Shown one piece after another: positions 1 through 12,938 of a DNA stretch of 64,000 bases. The stretch is taken from the NCBI GenBank assembly GCA_963514005.1, contig OY740812.1, positions 12,772,001 through 12,836,000 on the forward strand, given 5' to 3'. Under the pieces are notes generated by a model. The model was not told the origin of the DNA. It did no database searches and was given only the letters and a program-made list of their open reading frames with translations. Made by a program: the position numbers and the translations under genes. Within the stretch, counting starts at the first letter, position 1; each line of letters begins with the position of its first letter. Origin of the DNA: Raja brachyura. Lineage: Eukaryota.

Positions 1-389
1 TGGAGGTGGCGAAAATGACGGTGGACTATTTGTTGTATGTGACAGCTAGTGGGGTGAAAGGTGTGGACTAGGGGGACTCTGCCCTTGTTACGAGTGGGGG
101 GATGGGGAGAGAGAGCAGTGTTATGGGGTATTGAAGAGACCCTGGTGCGAGCCTCATCTATAGTAGGGGAGGGGAACCCCCGTTCCCTGAAGAATGAGGA
201 CCTTTCCGATGCCCTGGTGTGGAACACCTCATCCTGGGAGCAGATGCGGCATAGACGGAGGAATTGGGAGTAGGGGATGGAGTCCTTACAGGAAGCAGGG
301 TGGGAAGAAGTGTAGTCTAGATGGCCATGGGAGTCAGTGGGTTTATAGTGGATGTCGGTCAGAAGTCTATCACCTGCAATGGAGATAGA
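1..389 (-). mobile_element. Penelope-like RT fragment
   Basis: Reverse complement closely matches 20110-20500 (same CSQDEVFHTR coding stretch). Confidence 0.88.
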
Positions 390-1200
390 GATCTTGATTC
401 AAGATGTGGTCCATAGTGTTTCGTTGCTGACGTAGGATTAGAGTTGTGGCAGGTCAGTTCATGGACCTAATGGTTGTTGGAAAGTAGCTGTTCCAGATCG
501 GTGGTGTGGGACTTCAGGCTTCTGTGAGTGACTCCTACCTGTCTTTCCACTGGATCTGGAGGGTTTTGTAGAGCAGGCATTGAAGATGTTTTCACGGTGC
601 CTTGACCTGCCTGCTTTTGATGGTCCAGCTCGCAGGAGCCCAGGGATCACTGCTGTCCAACAGACCACGGGTTTTACATGGGTCTCATGTACTAGAATAA
701 TGGATAGTATCTGGCACGAGAAGGCAACGAAAGCGCATCATTTCATTTTTCGCTCATGTTGTGATAAATGCTCTCCAATCAGTCATAAATCGCTCTAATC
801 TGTTCGACTTTAACAAAAAAGGGTAAACAAAATGTTGGTAAAAGTAATTTAGGTCTGTGCTTAGATATTGAAAAGTGTAAGTTGAGGTGTGCCTTCTGCG
901 GTGTGATTTAGTGAATAACATTGATTCAAACACCAGATTATTTTCAGTTGTGCAACTTGGATCAAGGAAGCAGTACATGCCTGCCCCCTGGAGGGTTGCA
1001 TGAGTAAGTGCTCTAGGAACATTTGCCACACTCAAGCGGAATGTGGTTAGAAGTCAATGCAGATGCCAACTGAAATTACAAGGTGAAGAAAGATACTTGG
1101 GTCACCATAGCCCCATTGGTTCGGGCTAATAATATACATAGAATCTTTTGGGAATCTCCTTTAACTAAGCTGTCAGCACTATCTCATGTCCTGGAATTCT

Positions 1201-1420
1201 CTGGAATTCTCTGCCACAGAAGGAAGTTGAGGCCAGTTCATTGGCTATATATAAGAGGGCGTTAGATGTGGCACTTGTGGCTAAAGGGATCAGGGGGTAT
1301 GGAGAGAAGGCAGGTACGGGATACTGAGTTGGATGATCAGCCATGATCACATTGAATGGCAGTGCAGGTTCGAAGGGCCGAATGGCCTACTCCTGCACCT
1401 ATTTTTCTATGTTTCTATGT
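1201..1420 (+). mobile_element. CR1 LINE 3' end fragment
   Basis: Near-identical to the reverse complement of 24262-24480; (tttctatg)n tail. Confidence 0.85.
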
Positions 1421-1572
1421 CCTATTTATTTCCCTCCCAATCTCCCTCTTTTGAGGTGTTATAAGGTGTCATCAAATATCAATATGGTTCTTAAATGGAT
1501 ATGGTTATCCAACATTTATCTCCAATAAAAGTTTGAGAACCATTAATCATTCAAAATATTAGGTTAACACTC

Positions 1573-1578
1573 TTTATT
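1573..1578 (-). terminator. Candidate polyadenylation signal (AATAAA) of FAM187A
   Basis: tttatt on the + strand, about 770 nt after the FAM187A stop; first such hexamer I noticed downstream of the stop. Confidence 0.45.
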
Positions 1579-2340
1579 AAATCAAATCAATAAGAAAATA
1601 AACCATAAAACCCTCATGTGCTGTAACAGCGACAGAGATACCAAATACACTCACATTTCAGGGACTCCTTCAGGATCAACCCCACAAACTCCATTTAATG
1701 CATCACCAACATGTTTCATTACAATAGATAGATGTGAATCCCACACAGTGCCCTGCTTTATAGAATGCCGTCAGGCTGTGCAATCATCTGGTGATGTACT
1801 CAACTACTACCATTGGTTATCCAGGCCGTGAACATCTTTTGTTTACTGCACTGAGCAATTTTCACAGATGAAATTTCATTAGCTTCTATACTATTAGATT
1901 CCTAAACATTCCCAACGTGTTTGTAAGACAAGTCAATTAATATGACCATCTCCTCCCCTCCACTGCATTCACTGCATTCTTGTGATATTTTGGCTGATGA
2001 AGCCCATCTATATGATAGCACTATATTCCATACAGTCATTACAGCCACCTTGGTGCCAGTCTTTAACATGGGGCAATCTACTTTATATTAATAGAAGGTT
2101 ACTGTAACCAATTTTCCTGTTCCTGTATTCATCGGACAAAACGGCAAATGACATAGGCATCGAACCAAACCCTTCCATTTAAGAATTGAAACCAGAGACC
2201 CACTGATATAAGGGTTAGGTTTCCAGATAAACAGCAAGACTGATAAACATTAACTTACAAACATAATTTGACACAGACACTGACTTTGACCACTTTCTTT
2301 GAACTGGTAAGGGGAGAAATGTCTGCCTCCTGTTCCTGCC

Positions 2341-3588
2341 TTAAAAACAAACAAGGTAATGATTCATACATTTCATACATTTGAGGAAGACAAATATTAT
2401 CGTCAGTATGACGTAGGTACTAAGGATTATTTGCATCGCAAAGATGGACTCGGGATCGGTGAAACTTCTGTGCTTCCTCTTTGCGAGGCCAACCAACAGC
2501 TTAATCCCGGCCACCATTTGGCCTTGACGCCAACAGTAATAAGTCCCAATGTCATTCAACTGAAAGGCACGGATAACCAGATGATTACCATGATCAATGT
2601 ACAACCTCATGCTGCTGTTGACACCCATCATGTACTCCTGCCTGTAGAGCTGTCGGTGCCCCTTGTCCCAGGCTACTGCTTCCTCTGCCCTAGCCCCTGG
2701 ACAGACGAGAATCAAAGGTTGTGCAATGACTTGGAAGTGGATCTGCACTGGGACTTTGGGAGTTTTTTTGTTCTTGTCATTGGTAAAGCCAAATATGTCA
2801 AAGACGAACTTCTGCCCTTCAATGGAGTGGTCGCGTGTTGGGCAAGGCGTGAAACAGCTCCGTACCAAGATCTCCGTTTTCCTCTTCTTCAGGATGTACC
2901 GGTACCTGAGGGGGACTGCAGCAGAGCCACAGGAAACTATGTCAGGCATGGCCTTCTTGTACCTGAAATAGAGGTAAGGGCTGCGGAAGTAACACAAGCC
3001 AACGCGTCGTTGCTCCCCTCTCACCCCACATCGATCGCATTTGGTCCAATCCCAGTACAACGTAAAGATCTTGTAGGTCTTAGTCTCCACGTCCAGTTGA
3101 GGCTTCAGCTTCCCCTCTTGGAAGCTGATGTGTGCTTTTTTATAACTTTGCACGTCAATGTCATAACCATAAAAATAATCACCCTTCACAGAGCCACACA
3201 TATAATGCCCCGAATCCTTGGGTCGGGAATTAAAGACAACCAGGCTGAACATTAAGATACTGAACCGTGAACTAATTGCCGATCCAGAAGGTAATTGGGT
3301 AGTATCCAAGATCTTTGTTCCATTGAAGTCAGTCAGTACTTTTGTGTGTCCTTTGCCCAGTTTCTCCTGATAGTACCAGACAACTGATCTCACGTCCTCC
3401 GGCTTACAGAGGCATGGTAGTTCAAATGTCATATCAGCCAGATAGGCAGCATTCAGGAACATTAAGAAGGCAGGGCAGGACTGTACCTTGAATATATCCT
3501 CTTTCTCTTCAATTACAAACTCACTAGCATGAGCAGACAGAGCCCACAGAATGGGCGTAAATAAAAGGACAAAGTGTTCAGGCAACAT
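2341..3588 (-). CDS. FAM187A: Ig-like V-type domain-containing type I membrane protein FAM187A, single coding exon, 415 aa
   Basis: Long uninterrupted ORF with signal peptide (MLPEHFVLLFTPILWALSAHA), conserved CPAFLMF..AAYLADMTFELPC.CKP start, two Ig domains (C..W..DSGHYMC; C..W..DIGTYYC) and a C-terminal TM helix (IFAMQIILSTYVILTIIFVFL). It lies directly downstream of CCDC103 on the same strand, as in human. Confidence 0.93.
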   Translation of the reverse strand: MLPEHFVLLFTPILWALSAHASEFVIEEKEDIFKVQSCPAFLMFLNAAYLADMTFELPCLCKPEDVRSVVWYYQEKLGKGHTKVLTDFNGTKILDTTQLPSGSAISSRFSILMFSLVVFNSRPKDSGHYMCGSVKGDYFYGYDIDVQSYKKAHISFQEGKLKPQLDVETKTYKIFTLYWDWTKCDRCGVRGEQRRVGLCYFRSPYLYFRYKKAMPDIVSCGSAAVPLRYRYILKKRKTEILVRSCFTPCPTRDHSIEGQKFVFDIFGFTNDKNKKTPKVPVQIHFQVIAQPLILVCPGARAEEAVAWDKGHRQLYRQEYMMGVNSSMRLYIDHGNHLVIRAFQLNDIGTYYCWRQGQMVAGIKLLVGLAKRKHRSFTDPESIFAMQIILSTYVILTIIFVFLKCMKCMNHYLVCF

Positions 3589-4555
3589 TTTCTCAGGGTC
3601 TGATCAAATCTGGCCACGGACTGAAGGGCAAGCTCGTGAAGTCCACAAGAAAAGCTGTTGAGTTCTAGAAGGGACATCTTTTGGTTCTAGAACTCTGCCA
3701 TTGTGAATTAAAGAACATGCTTTGCCAGCAGGAATTCCGGAGGTGGCTCGGTGTTCACATGCCAAGGCTTATTAACACAGATCATGCATGAACAGGGATT
3801 CAGTGAACCACAGAGGTGGAATAGACAGGCATCACTCAGTGGTTATAATTCTCAGCCTAAACGTCACACTCCAGCTTAACACCGATTTCTGCCCATTTCT
3901 AATCAATGTGAGCCAGTTCTCAGATAAAGACGTTGCTCTTTACTATGTAATTCAAATAAACACTTCCACATGGCGTAGGTTGGTGTAGACACTGTGCCAG
4001 GAATGCATGGGAGGAATTATAAATTCCTTCCATGCATTCTGCCAGATTATAAATGGGAATGAAAGGAATGGGTGGAATATATATGGGGAATGGGACGTGT
4101 GGTGTTGGGGAAGGCCCGGGGTTGAGAATAACTACATCAACGCACTTGTGGAAGGCTAAACTCACTGAAGAGGTTTATATACAGATGGAAATAAAGGGAT
4201 AGTTAGGTACAGTTCCGAGTCCATGTAGGCGCGCAGTCCCTCGTCGTCCATGGGCAGTTGAGGAGGCAATGGCAGTCTTTGGCTTGTCCCGGCAGCTCAG
4301 TCTTGCTCTGAGCCTCCAAAGAGAGGTACAGTTAACAGGGAGTCCTCCTTATTTTTCCTTTCTCTCTCTTCCTCCAACTGGAACTGCCTTGGTTTTTAAA
4401 GAGTTGGGTTGACAAGGTGCAGGTGACTTGCTCCAGTCTTGGCTAATTGGACACAGTTGTTTCTTCTTTGGCTGCTGCCTCAGTTCACTGTCCAGAGCAC
4501 TATCCAGGGTGCCGGTGTTTACCAGCAGGAGACGCTGTTCATGGTGCTGGTCGTT

Positions 4556-4792
4556 ATAGACAATAGACAATAGACAATAGGTGCAGGAGTAGGCCATTTG
4601 GCCACTTGGCCCTTCGAGCCTGCACCGCCATTCAATGTGATCATGGCTGATCATCCACAATCAGTACCCCATTCCTGCCTTCTCCCCATATCCCCTGACT
4701 CCGCTATTTTTAAGAGCCCTTTCTAGCTCTCCCTTGAAAGCATCCAGAGAACCTGCCTCCACCGTGCTCTGAGGCAGAGAATTGCACAGACT
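4556..4792 (-). mobile_element. CR1 LINE 3' end fragment
   Basis: (atagaca)n tail then the conserved CR1 3' UTR; near-identical to 6878-7135. Confidence 0.85.
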
Positions 4793-5287
4793 ATCTTCTC
4801 TTCTCTTGGCCTGTCTGCTGGCGTTATCTTCTATTGGACTGTCTGCAGGTGACAGGGATCAGAGTGGTCCTTAGGGAGGATGCATCACAACATAGGTTAC
4901 ACGTGGAATACACATGGAATGTGTAGATTTAGATTTGGAGAGAGAAATTCAGTGACAGGGATAGAGAGACACCAAGGGTGATGTCTCTGGATAGCAAGTG
5001 GGTGATTGGGTGGTGAGTGAGTATTAATTTTTTCCATCTAAACTTTGTAGCGGTTTAAGTCAGGATTAGAAAATTACAATCAAATATGTTAAGTTAACTA
5101 TTTATTTAGATGTACTGTAACTACAAGTAATTATTGAACAAAATGTTTTAACTAATAAAGTGTATAAAATAACACTAGTTTAAATGTGACAGGGAAGTTT
5201 GAGCAGTGGACTGTAGAATGAGGGAGTTTCTAGATCGTAAAATGGTCCCATGTCAACAGATGCTTGCACCTGAGTAAGTAATATAGG

Positions 5288-6215
5288 GTAGAAACAGGCA
5301 ACTTCAGCCCACACCAACCAACATGCCCCTTCTAAACCAGTCCCACCTGCCTGCATTTGGCCCATGTCCCTCCAAACCTATCCAATCCATGCACCTGTCT
5401 AAATGCTTCTTAAACATTGCAATGGTACCTGCCTCAACTACCTCCTCCAGCAGCTCGTTACATATACCCACCACCCTTTGTGTAAAAAAGTCACCTCTCA
5501 AGTTCCTATTAAATCAACCCCCCACCCCTCCTTAAACCTACCGTATATTGTCATTGAGTACAAGCCCATGGGGACAAAAAAAAGGGTTTCTTTAGATCCA
5601 GAATTGGCTCAGTAACCTCTACTTTTATAATGGGGTTCCACGAGGCTGAACACTCAGTCCCTTACTTTCAGCTGCACAAATTAATGATAGGTTTAAATAT
5701 TTGGGCATGATGTAGAAGTTTGCAGATTATACCAAAATTAACCATGTGGATGATAAGGAGGAAAGCTTTGGATGCAAGTAAGATATAGATGATCTGGTCA
5801 GCTGGGTAGAAAAGTGGCAAATAAAATTTAATCCAGAACACCAGGACGGAATGCTTTGAGGAGATGCAATAAGACAATGGTATACATAGCATGTGAGAAA
5901 GGCCAGAGAGGCGTAGAGCAGCAGAAGGATTTTGCAGTATGTGTCCACAAATCCTTAGGTCAGGCAGGTAATAAGGTGGTAAAAAAAAAACATCTTGGAT
6001 GTTTTCTTATATTGGTCAATGGGTACAATAGCAGGGAGGTTATGCTAGAAGCACGCACAATGTTTGTTAAATCGCAGCGTAGCACAATTACACTTCTGAT
6101 CAGCACATTGTAGGAACGATGTGATGACACTGGAGAGGGTACAAATGAAATTTATAAAGTTATTGCCAAGACAGAATCGTTACCTATGAGGAAGGATTGG
6201 ATGGGGTTGGAGTTC
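5288..6215. mobile_element. Two CR1 fragments (5288-5515 minus; about 5640-6215 plus, older RT remnant)
   Basis: FFTQRVVGICNELLEEVVEAGT..FKKHLDR motif on the minus strand; decayed KFAD.TK and W...WQ..FN motifs on the plus strand. Confidence 0.7.
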
Positions 6216-6877
6216 TGTTTCATCATCTACATACTCTTGTATCACTGAAGACTACAGAACCAAGGCTAGAAGGCGGGGTTCGGTTAGTAGGCTCTTTTCC
6301 AACCTTCACAGACAATAGAAAAGCTGATCTACTTCTGTGTCATAATATTTCTAAGATTTTATGAAAATAATTTTTATGTAATCATGAAAAACCTTTGTTT
6401 TCCACTCCATTTCAACAAATTATACTCACACACATCTTTCTGAAGAAGGGTCTTGACCCAAAATGTCACCAATTCCATCTCTGCAGCGATGCTGCCTGTC
6501 CCACTGAGTTACTCCAGCATTTTGTGTCTATCTTCAATTTAAACCAGCGTCTGCACATCTGAACTAGCATCTAAACCAGCAGCTAAACCTTCCTACACCT
6601 TTATTCTTTTTTCATTAATTTTCCCATTTGATCATAGCTAGTAAGGCTAATACTTATTGCCTATCCCTAATTGTCCTTGAGAAGGAGGTTATCTAGCCTT
6701 TTGACACGCTAATGAAGGTGCTTCCATTATTGCTGTAGGGAGGGTGTTCAAGGATTGAGAACCGCAATGGGGAAAGATAGGGTTTAATTTCCAATTCAGT
6801 ACGGTGTGCAACTTCAGAGGAACCTGTAGGGGGTGGTGTTTCCCTGCCGTTGCTGCCCGTCCTTTATTTTTTTTTAC

Positions 6878-7135
6878 AATAGACAATAGATGTAGGGTTA
6901 GGCCATTCGGCCCTTCAAGCCAGCACCGCCATTTAATGTGATCATGGCTGATCATCCACAATCAGTACCCCGTTCCTGCCATCTCCCCATATCCCCTGAC
7001 TCCGCTATCTTCAAGAGCCCTATCTAGCTCTCTCTTAAAGGAATCCAGCGAAACGGCCTCCACCGCCCTCTGAGGCAGGGAATTCCACAGACTCACAACT
7101 CTCTGTGTGAAAAAGTGTTTCCGCATCTCCGTTCT
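6878..7135 (-). mobile_element. CR1 LINE 3' end fragment
   Basis: Same family as 4556-4792. Confidence 0.85.
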
Positions 7136-8699
7136 CTTACCCCTTCTTAGTGGTGAGGTCGTAAAGGGTGCAATGGGAGTAGCTTGAGCAAGTAACAGCA
7201 GTGTATTTTATAGATAATACACACTTTGACCAACCAGGCGATAGTGGTGAAAAAAATGAATGTTTGGGGTTTTTCTAACCATTCCTGGTTGCCAGGATGG
7301 ACTGGTGAAAAACAGTGTTTTTTTCATGTTGGCCTTTGAAGCCATTTCTTCAGTCTTTAATCTGATGAAACTGAAAAGTGCAACTCCTGCTTATAGAATA
7401 TACCTGTAACAATACTACAGTAAATGTAATTGAGTTAGTGGACATCATTTTCTTGGAGGTTTACTTGCACTATAATTCTGTTACTCCTCTCCAATCATCC
7501 TAGCTTTGATCTATGTTCTCAAACCTGACAGAAAATGTATGGGAAATATTTTTTCCACTTCACACTGGAGCAGAATGTACCCATCCATCCCTTATATGCG
7601 CAGCATTCACCAATCTTAGGTGCAATCAAGTCACTGCTAATATCTGTTCCCATTCTGTGGAACAAAGAATCAAAATTCTGAAAGGAATCCTAATTTATGT
7701 TTTGAAAAGTTTCCAAAATAATATTCAGTGTCATATTTAAAAATACAGATAAAGAAAATAATCTTCCAGGAACACAAAAATGCTGAAGGCAACACATGTC
7801 ATTACCTACAAAATTAAAGTTACGCAATTCAATCTGAACAGTTATTAATGGATATTTCAGCATTTGCTCACCAGCATTGGACTTAATTTTCTCAAAGGGA
7901 AGATTTAAAGCAGAATAATTCACTGTGTTTACAGATGCAATCTTCCTCAAACATAGGTCAGGTCAATAGGTGGCATTCAATAGCCGCCTTACAGACACTT
8001 GAGCACATTCATGTACTGAGAGAGTGCAGACAGCCTTTGCATTACATAGAATCATATAGTAATACAGCATGAAAACAGACCCTTCGGCCCAACCTGCTCA
8101 TGCTGACCAAGACTCCCTATTTACACTAGTCCCATCTGCCTGCGTTTGGCCCAGCCACTTCCAAATGTTTCCTATCCATGTAAAACGGGAGAGGAGTTGC
8201 GTTCCTCAAAAAAGCAGTTCCTATCACAATTTTCCGCAATGTGAAACGCCATCCACCCATGTGCCACAAGATGATAGCTGAAAGTAAAATAAAAACAAAC
8301 ACAAATTCCATGAGAGTTAATTTTTTGCAGGATCTCAGATTTTTCGATAATGATTTGTGAATTCTATAAGGATGGATTTCTGTTACCTGAACTGCTATTG
8401 CACAGGTATTACCTGTGTTGAACTGCAAAACACACCATAATTTGTAAGATGAGAAATGGAGATAAGTAGTTACTGTAAAATACCTTGCAATGTTATTCAA
8501 TGAAAAAGTATTGAGTTTCTGAGATGGGGAAAAAACAACTGCAGATGTTAAAAATTGAAACAAAAGCAGGAAAACACCCAAAGTGGAGGAGCATTGGGGA
8601 TGGGGGTCGGGCGAGTGGGGGAGTGTGGGGTGCGTGACAAAAATACAGTAGGTTAAAACAGGTCAGGCAACATAGAGCATTGGAACTGACCATTGGTAG

Positions 8700-9790
8700 G
8701 GTATTTTCAAGAAATGTGACAAGAAAATTACATAAGCATGATAATGGAAAAACAAGGAGAGCAATTTACCTGATGGAAAATTCAGTATTCATTCCAGAAG
8801 ACTCCAAAGTAGCCAGATGCAAGTTAACATATTGTTCCCCTACTTTATGTTGGGTCTCAGTGTGGCAGTGGGGAAAGATGCGGATAGACAGTCAGAATGA
8901 GAATAGGATTGAAAATTAAAGTGTCATGCAACAGGATAGTCAGAATTACCTCTGCACAGTCCAGATGCTCTGCAAAAGGACCACCCAATTTTCATTTGGT
9001 TTGTTCAATGTAGAAGGGACCACATTGGGATGGGCCAAGGAATCATAAAGTGATCAATCCCTGTGAAATGCAAAAACAGGAAGAGCAACGAAGATGTGAC
9101 CTGCAGTGGAATCATTTTATGAATTGGAGGAAATCATAAAGGATAATATGTTGAATGTAAAGGCTGGTGGAATGGAAGGTGAGCATCGGAGGAAATCTAT
9201 TATTGTCCTGTCCTGGGAGAGAGGAGTCTTCTTCCTCGTGTCCGGCCATCTTCTATATCACATCTTTCCGGTCGGTCAGTGACGGTTGACGGTCGGTGAT
9301 TGCAGAATTGGCTACTTCAGTCACTGTGGTACAGTTCCTGTCGTCAGCATTGCCCGGGATGCGCCACGTGGAGGCACCTGCTTGCTTCCCGGAGAGAGGA
9401 GAGCAGACATGTACGAAGTCGAGGAAATGCGCTTGAGAGCTCCAACCACGATGACCAAGGAGGTCCCATGTTTCAGGAAGAGGGACATTTCAGAGGCAAC
9501 AGAGTGGGTGCCTGCCTCATCATCAGAATAAATACAATGGAAATGAAGAATCTGAGTAAAAGGAATGGCATTTTTTACAGGAGGCAGAACAAGAGGATAA
9601 TCAAAGCAGCTGTTGGGATCTGTGGGCTTATAAAAGGTGGTAGTGGCCAGTCCATCTCTTGAGATGGAACCTGAATGAAAAGGGCAGCGTAAGAGATGGA
9701 CTATGTAAATGTGAGAGAAATGTGGAAAATGGCAGCAAAACTAATGGCATTTTCAAGTTCTGTATTGGTATAGGATGTGGCACCAGATAT
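8700..9790 (-). mobile_element. Old degenerate Penelope-like fragment with a younger GC-rich insert at about 9227-9455
   Basis: Patchy reverse-strand similarity to the RT and GIY-YIG region of 19545-21365. Confidence 0.5.
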
Positions 9791-11234
9791 ATACTAATGT
9801 CAATTGGGCACTAGCTCTTTATCCCTGGGGCCTGCCTTCAAATCTAGCTTAAATGTGCAAAAGGCTCCTCTGTGCTGTGAGCAGGCCAAACTTGAAGCAT
9901 TTCCTAATGGCCTGTCGTGGAAATTGCTCAAAAAAATCCTATATTCAGCATCCACTGACAACACAGAAACCACAGAACCTGCAATCAGGAAAAAGCAATT
10001 TAAATATTGTCTTTTGATGTTAACGTTTTTGAACTAACTGTCAACATCAAGGGTATTGTTGAGCCATGTTCCCTTTTAATTGCCTGAAGTTTAAGTAACC
10101 CATTGAGTTCCTGAACAGGGAAAAAAATCTAATTTTCAAGGCAAACGACTGGTGGAAACTTTTCACAAAAAGAATATCATGAAAGTAATCTTTTTATTTG
10201 TTTTTATTATATATTCAAAAGCAGAAAAGTTTGACAACATAAAGATAACAGCATAACATCTGATAGCCATAGAGAGCCTATCAAAGAGGTAGTGTATTCT
10301 GTTGACGAAAACACATTAGCAATACATATATATGTCCTTAATTCAGACACAAACTAGCAAGACATTCAATATCTGACATTCATCCTTCTAACGGCCACTT
10401 TCGCAAAGATAGCAGAATCATACCCCAATCTGCATTTGGATCTTTAGCATAGATTGCTTGGATGAAGGTTGATGCATTTGATCCTCCCTTAGTTTGGATT
10501 ATCTGTTCATATCCCCACCCAAAGAGTTTCAGCTAAATTAGGTCTGGAACAGTGGATGCTATGGCTTGGAGGGGGCCTGAAAGGGATATGAAGGTGGATA
10601 CAAAACCCTGAATAGAGAGGCAAAAACTGGAATTTAACATACAGGGAGGTGTACGTGCGACAGACTGTCCAAAATGTGCACATTATGAGGGATGTTCTGT
10701 AACCAATGACATCAGTAGGTTCTCCAATTGATATGCAAAATGTTCTAGAAACTTAATGGAAGGGAAATAGAAATCCCAATAAACATTTTTCATTCCTTTA
10801 TTTGCATTATTTTGTCCTAGTCCCAGCAGACAGCATTCTAGCCCAGTGACCACGGACTGCTAGTAGCACTGTGAGGAAAGAGTATATATACCTATTACCC
10901 AACCTCAGAAAAAAAGCATCAGCCTGATGTGACGTACCCACCACTTAATGTTACAGTCTATATCTCATAGAGTAAGAATGTTGGTTCAAACACAATTTCC
11001 TGCAAAGTTCAATGGCTGGTCTATGAAGGTAGTAATAAAAATTAAAATCAGTTCATTTACACCTGTCATAGAAAGGTCAGCTACGTATACATTGTAGCTT
11101 GTCATAAGGAACACTGAAACAGCAGCAAAAAACATTTTAAATATACAGCACCTGAAGTTGGGCTAATTCATATTCCAAACTTTTTAAAAACGTCAATGGT
11201 GTTACTAGGTCTGGAATGTTTGATTTATAAGTGG

Positions 11235-11780
11235 AGGCTGGATATGCTGGGTCTTTTTTCCCTCGAGCATAGGCTGCTGTGGGGAAACCTTATAGGAGTT
11301 AATAAAATCATGAGGGGCTTAAATATTTAAGAAGGAACTGCAGATGCTGGAAAATTGAAGGTAGACAAAAATGCTGGAGAAATTCAGCGGGTGAGGCTGC
11401 ATCTATGGAGCGAAGGAAATAGGCGATGTTTCGGGTCGAGACCCTGCTTCAGATTGATGGTGGGCATAAATAAATTATTTTCCCCAGTGTAGGGAAGTCT
11501 AAAACTAGAGGGCATAGGTTTAAAGTGAGATGGGGAAAAAATTAAAGGGGATTTGAGGAGCAACTTTTTTTACAAATGTATTTGGGGCGAGTTGCCAAAG
11601 GAAATGGGAGAAGCAAGTATAATTAATACATTTGAAAGTGTTGGCCAGGTACATGGATAGGAAAGGTTTGGAGGAATATGACTCATGCACAGGCAAGTGT
11701 GACTAACTCGTGTAGGCAAGTTGATCGGCCTAGGCGAGTTGGACTGAATGCCTATTTGTGTGCTGTACAGCTCTATGATG
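11235..11780 (+). mobile_element. CR1 3' fragment interrupted by a minus-strand Penelope pseudo-LTR piece (about 11330-11458)
   Basis: Decayed LFSLE.R.L.G.L motif and CR1 3' UTR; nested gatgtttcgggtcgagaccctgcttcag. Confidence 0.7.
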
Positions 11781-12479
11781 CCATGGGCAATGATTCAAAA
11801 AGTGATTCAATTGATTTAATTAGAGTTAATAAACCAGATGCACAAATTAACTGAAAATAGACAACCTGAAATAAAGAACATTTAGGACACTGTAAATGGC
11901 AACTTGGAAACTGATATTAACACAAATGGATTGTGGTTATTGCAGTTGTTTCGTACAAGCAATTGCCTGTTTCAAATCTGTACATTCCAGACCGACATGC
12001 TAGTTCAGATAGCTGATAAATCCAGGTGCAAGACAGCTCAATGGCTCTGAATGAACCACAGGGGAATTAACAAATCAAAAATAACTTTTTTTTTTAAAGG
12101 GATTTTTTACCTTAGACAGTTGATGCTCAATTTATTCTATTTAAAATCAAGGTCGCAGATTATGGACGCAAAAAATACGAAGGGAGATTAGATTAGATAC
12201 TTTTATTGTCATATGTGACAAGTCACAGTGAGATGCTTTGTCTTAGGGGAAAAGGGTTACAATAAGAAAATAGAGTTGTATTTTAAATTCAGTCATGATC
12301 TTATTGAAAGGTATAACGAGACTGAAGAGTCACATTGCCTACACTTGCTGCTGTTTCATATATGGTCCTTATATTTACATTCCCATTTAGAAAAAAAATC
12401 ATATTTTGTACTGTGAGATGTGCAGGGAAATTCACAATAGCATGAAAAGGGGTAGATTATTTCAGATATAAAGAATGGG

Positions 12480-12938
12480 CTAGGTAAACCTGTATGATTT
12501 CATCAATTGCTGCATTGCTGTTACATTTACTGTCTCCTCGGTAACAAATGCCTCTTGTGCAGTCCCCGCGGGACCCAGTTCTGCCTCACTTCCCTGCTGT
12601 AAAGGTACACCCAGCTTCTGTTCCAGCATCTGAAACAGCGTTTGGCCTTTCTCCCTCTCACTGCTGCTCAGGAAATCCACACTCAGGCCAAACCGTTGAG
12701 TCTGAGAAAGGTGCAGCAGAATCCAATAAATTGTTTGAGCATCTTCTGGTTGGAAATGATTAGAAAGTACGACTAGGAATTCACCAAGGAGTCCAAATCC
12801 TATTTCGGCACAGAAAATGCTTTCTAAGAGCTGGGCACCTAAGGTGACAAGGAAGGCATATTTCTCTGGTCCTGTACAGTAGTATCTTCTCCAGTCACGG
12901 CTAAACTCTGCTGAGGTCCGAGGCCGGGAATCTGTGTG
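12480..12938 (-). CDS. CCDC103: CCDC103 coding exon 3 (RPAP3-C-like domain), ends at stop
   Basis: HTDSRPRTSAEFSRDWRR...EIGFGLLGEFL...RFGLSVDFLSSSERE...LMKSYRFT*. Acceptor ctttcccaatcacag, phase 0. 143+130+459=732 nt gives 243 aa, close to the human length. Confidence 0.95.
   Translation of the reverse strand, partial: HTDSRPRTSAEFSRDWRRYYCTGPEKYAFLVTLGAQLLESIFCAEIGFGLLGEFLVVLSNHFQPEDAQTIYWILLHLSQTQRFGLSVDFLSSSEREKGQTLFQMLEQKLGVPLQQGSEAELGPAGTAQEAFVTEETVNVTAMQQLMKSYRFT

Noticed and set aside
2359-3255. 298-aa + strand ORF
   Set aside because: Antisense shadow of the FAM187A coding exon; no recognisable motifs.
4200-4900. Coding-looking sequence upstream of FAM187A, split by a CR1
   Set aside because: Stops in the frames I tried and no recognisable motif; probably an old transposon remnant.
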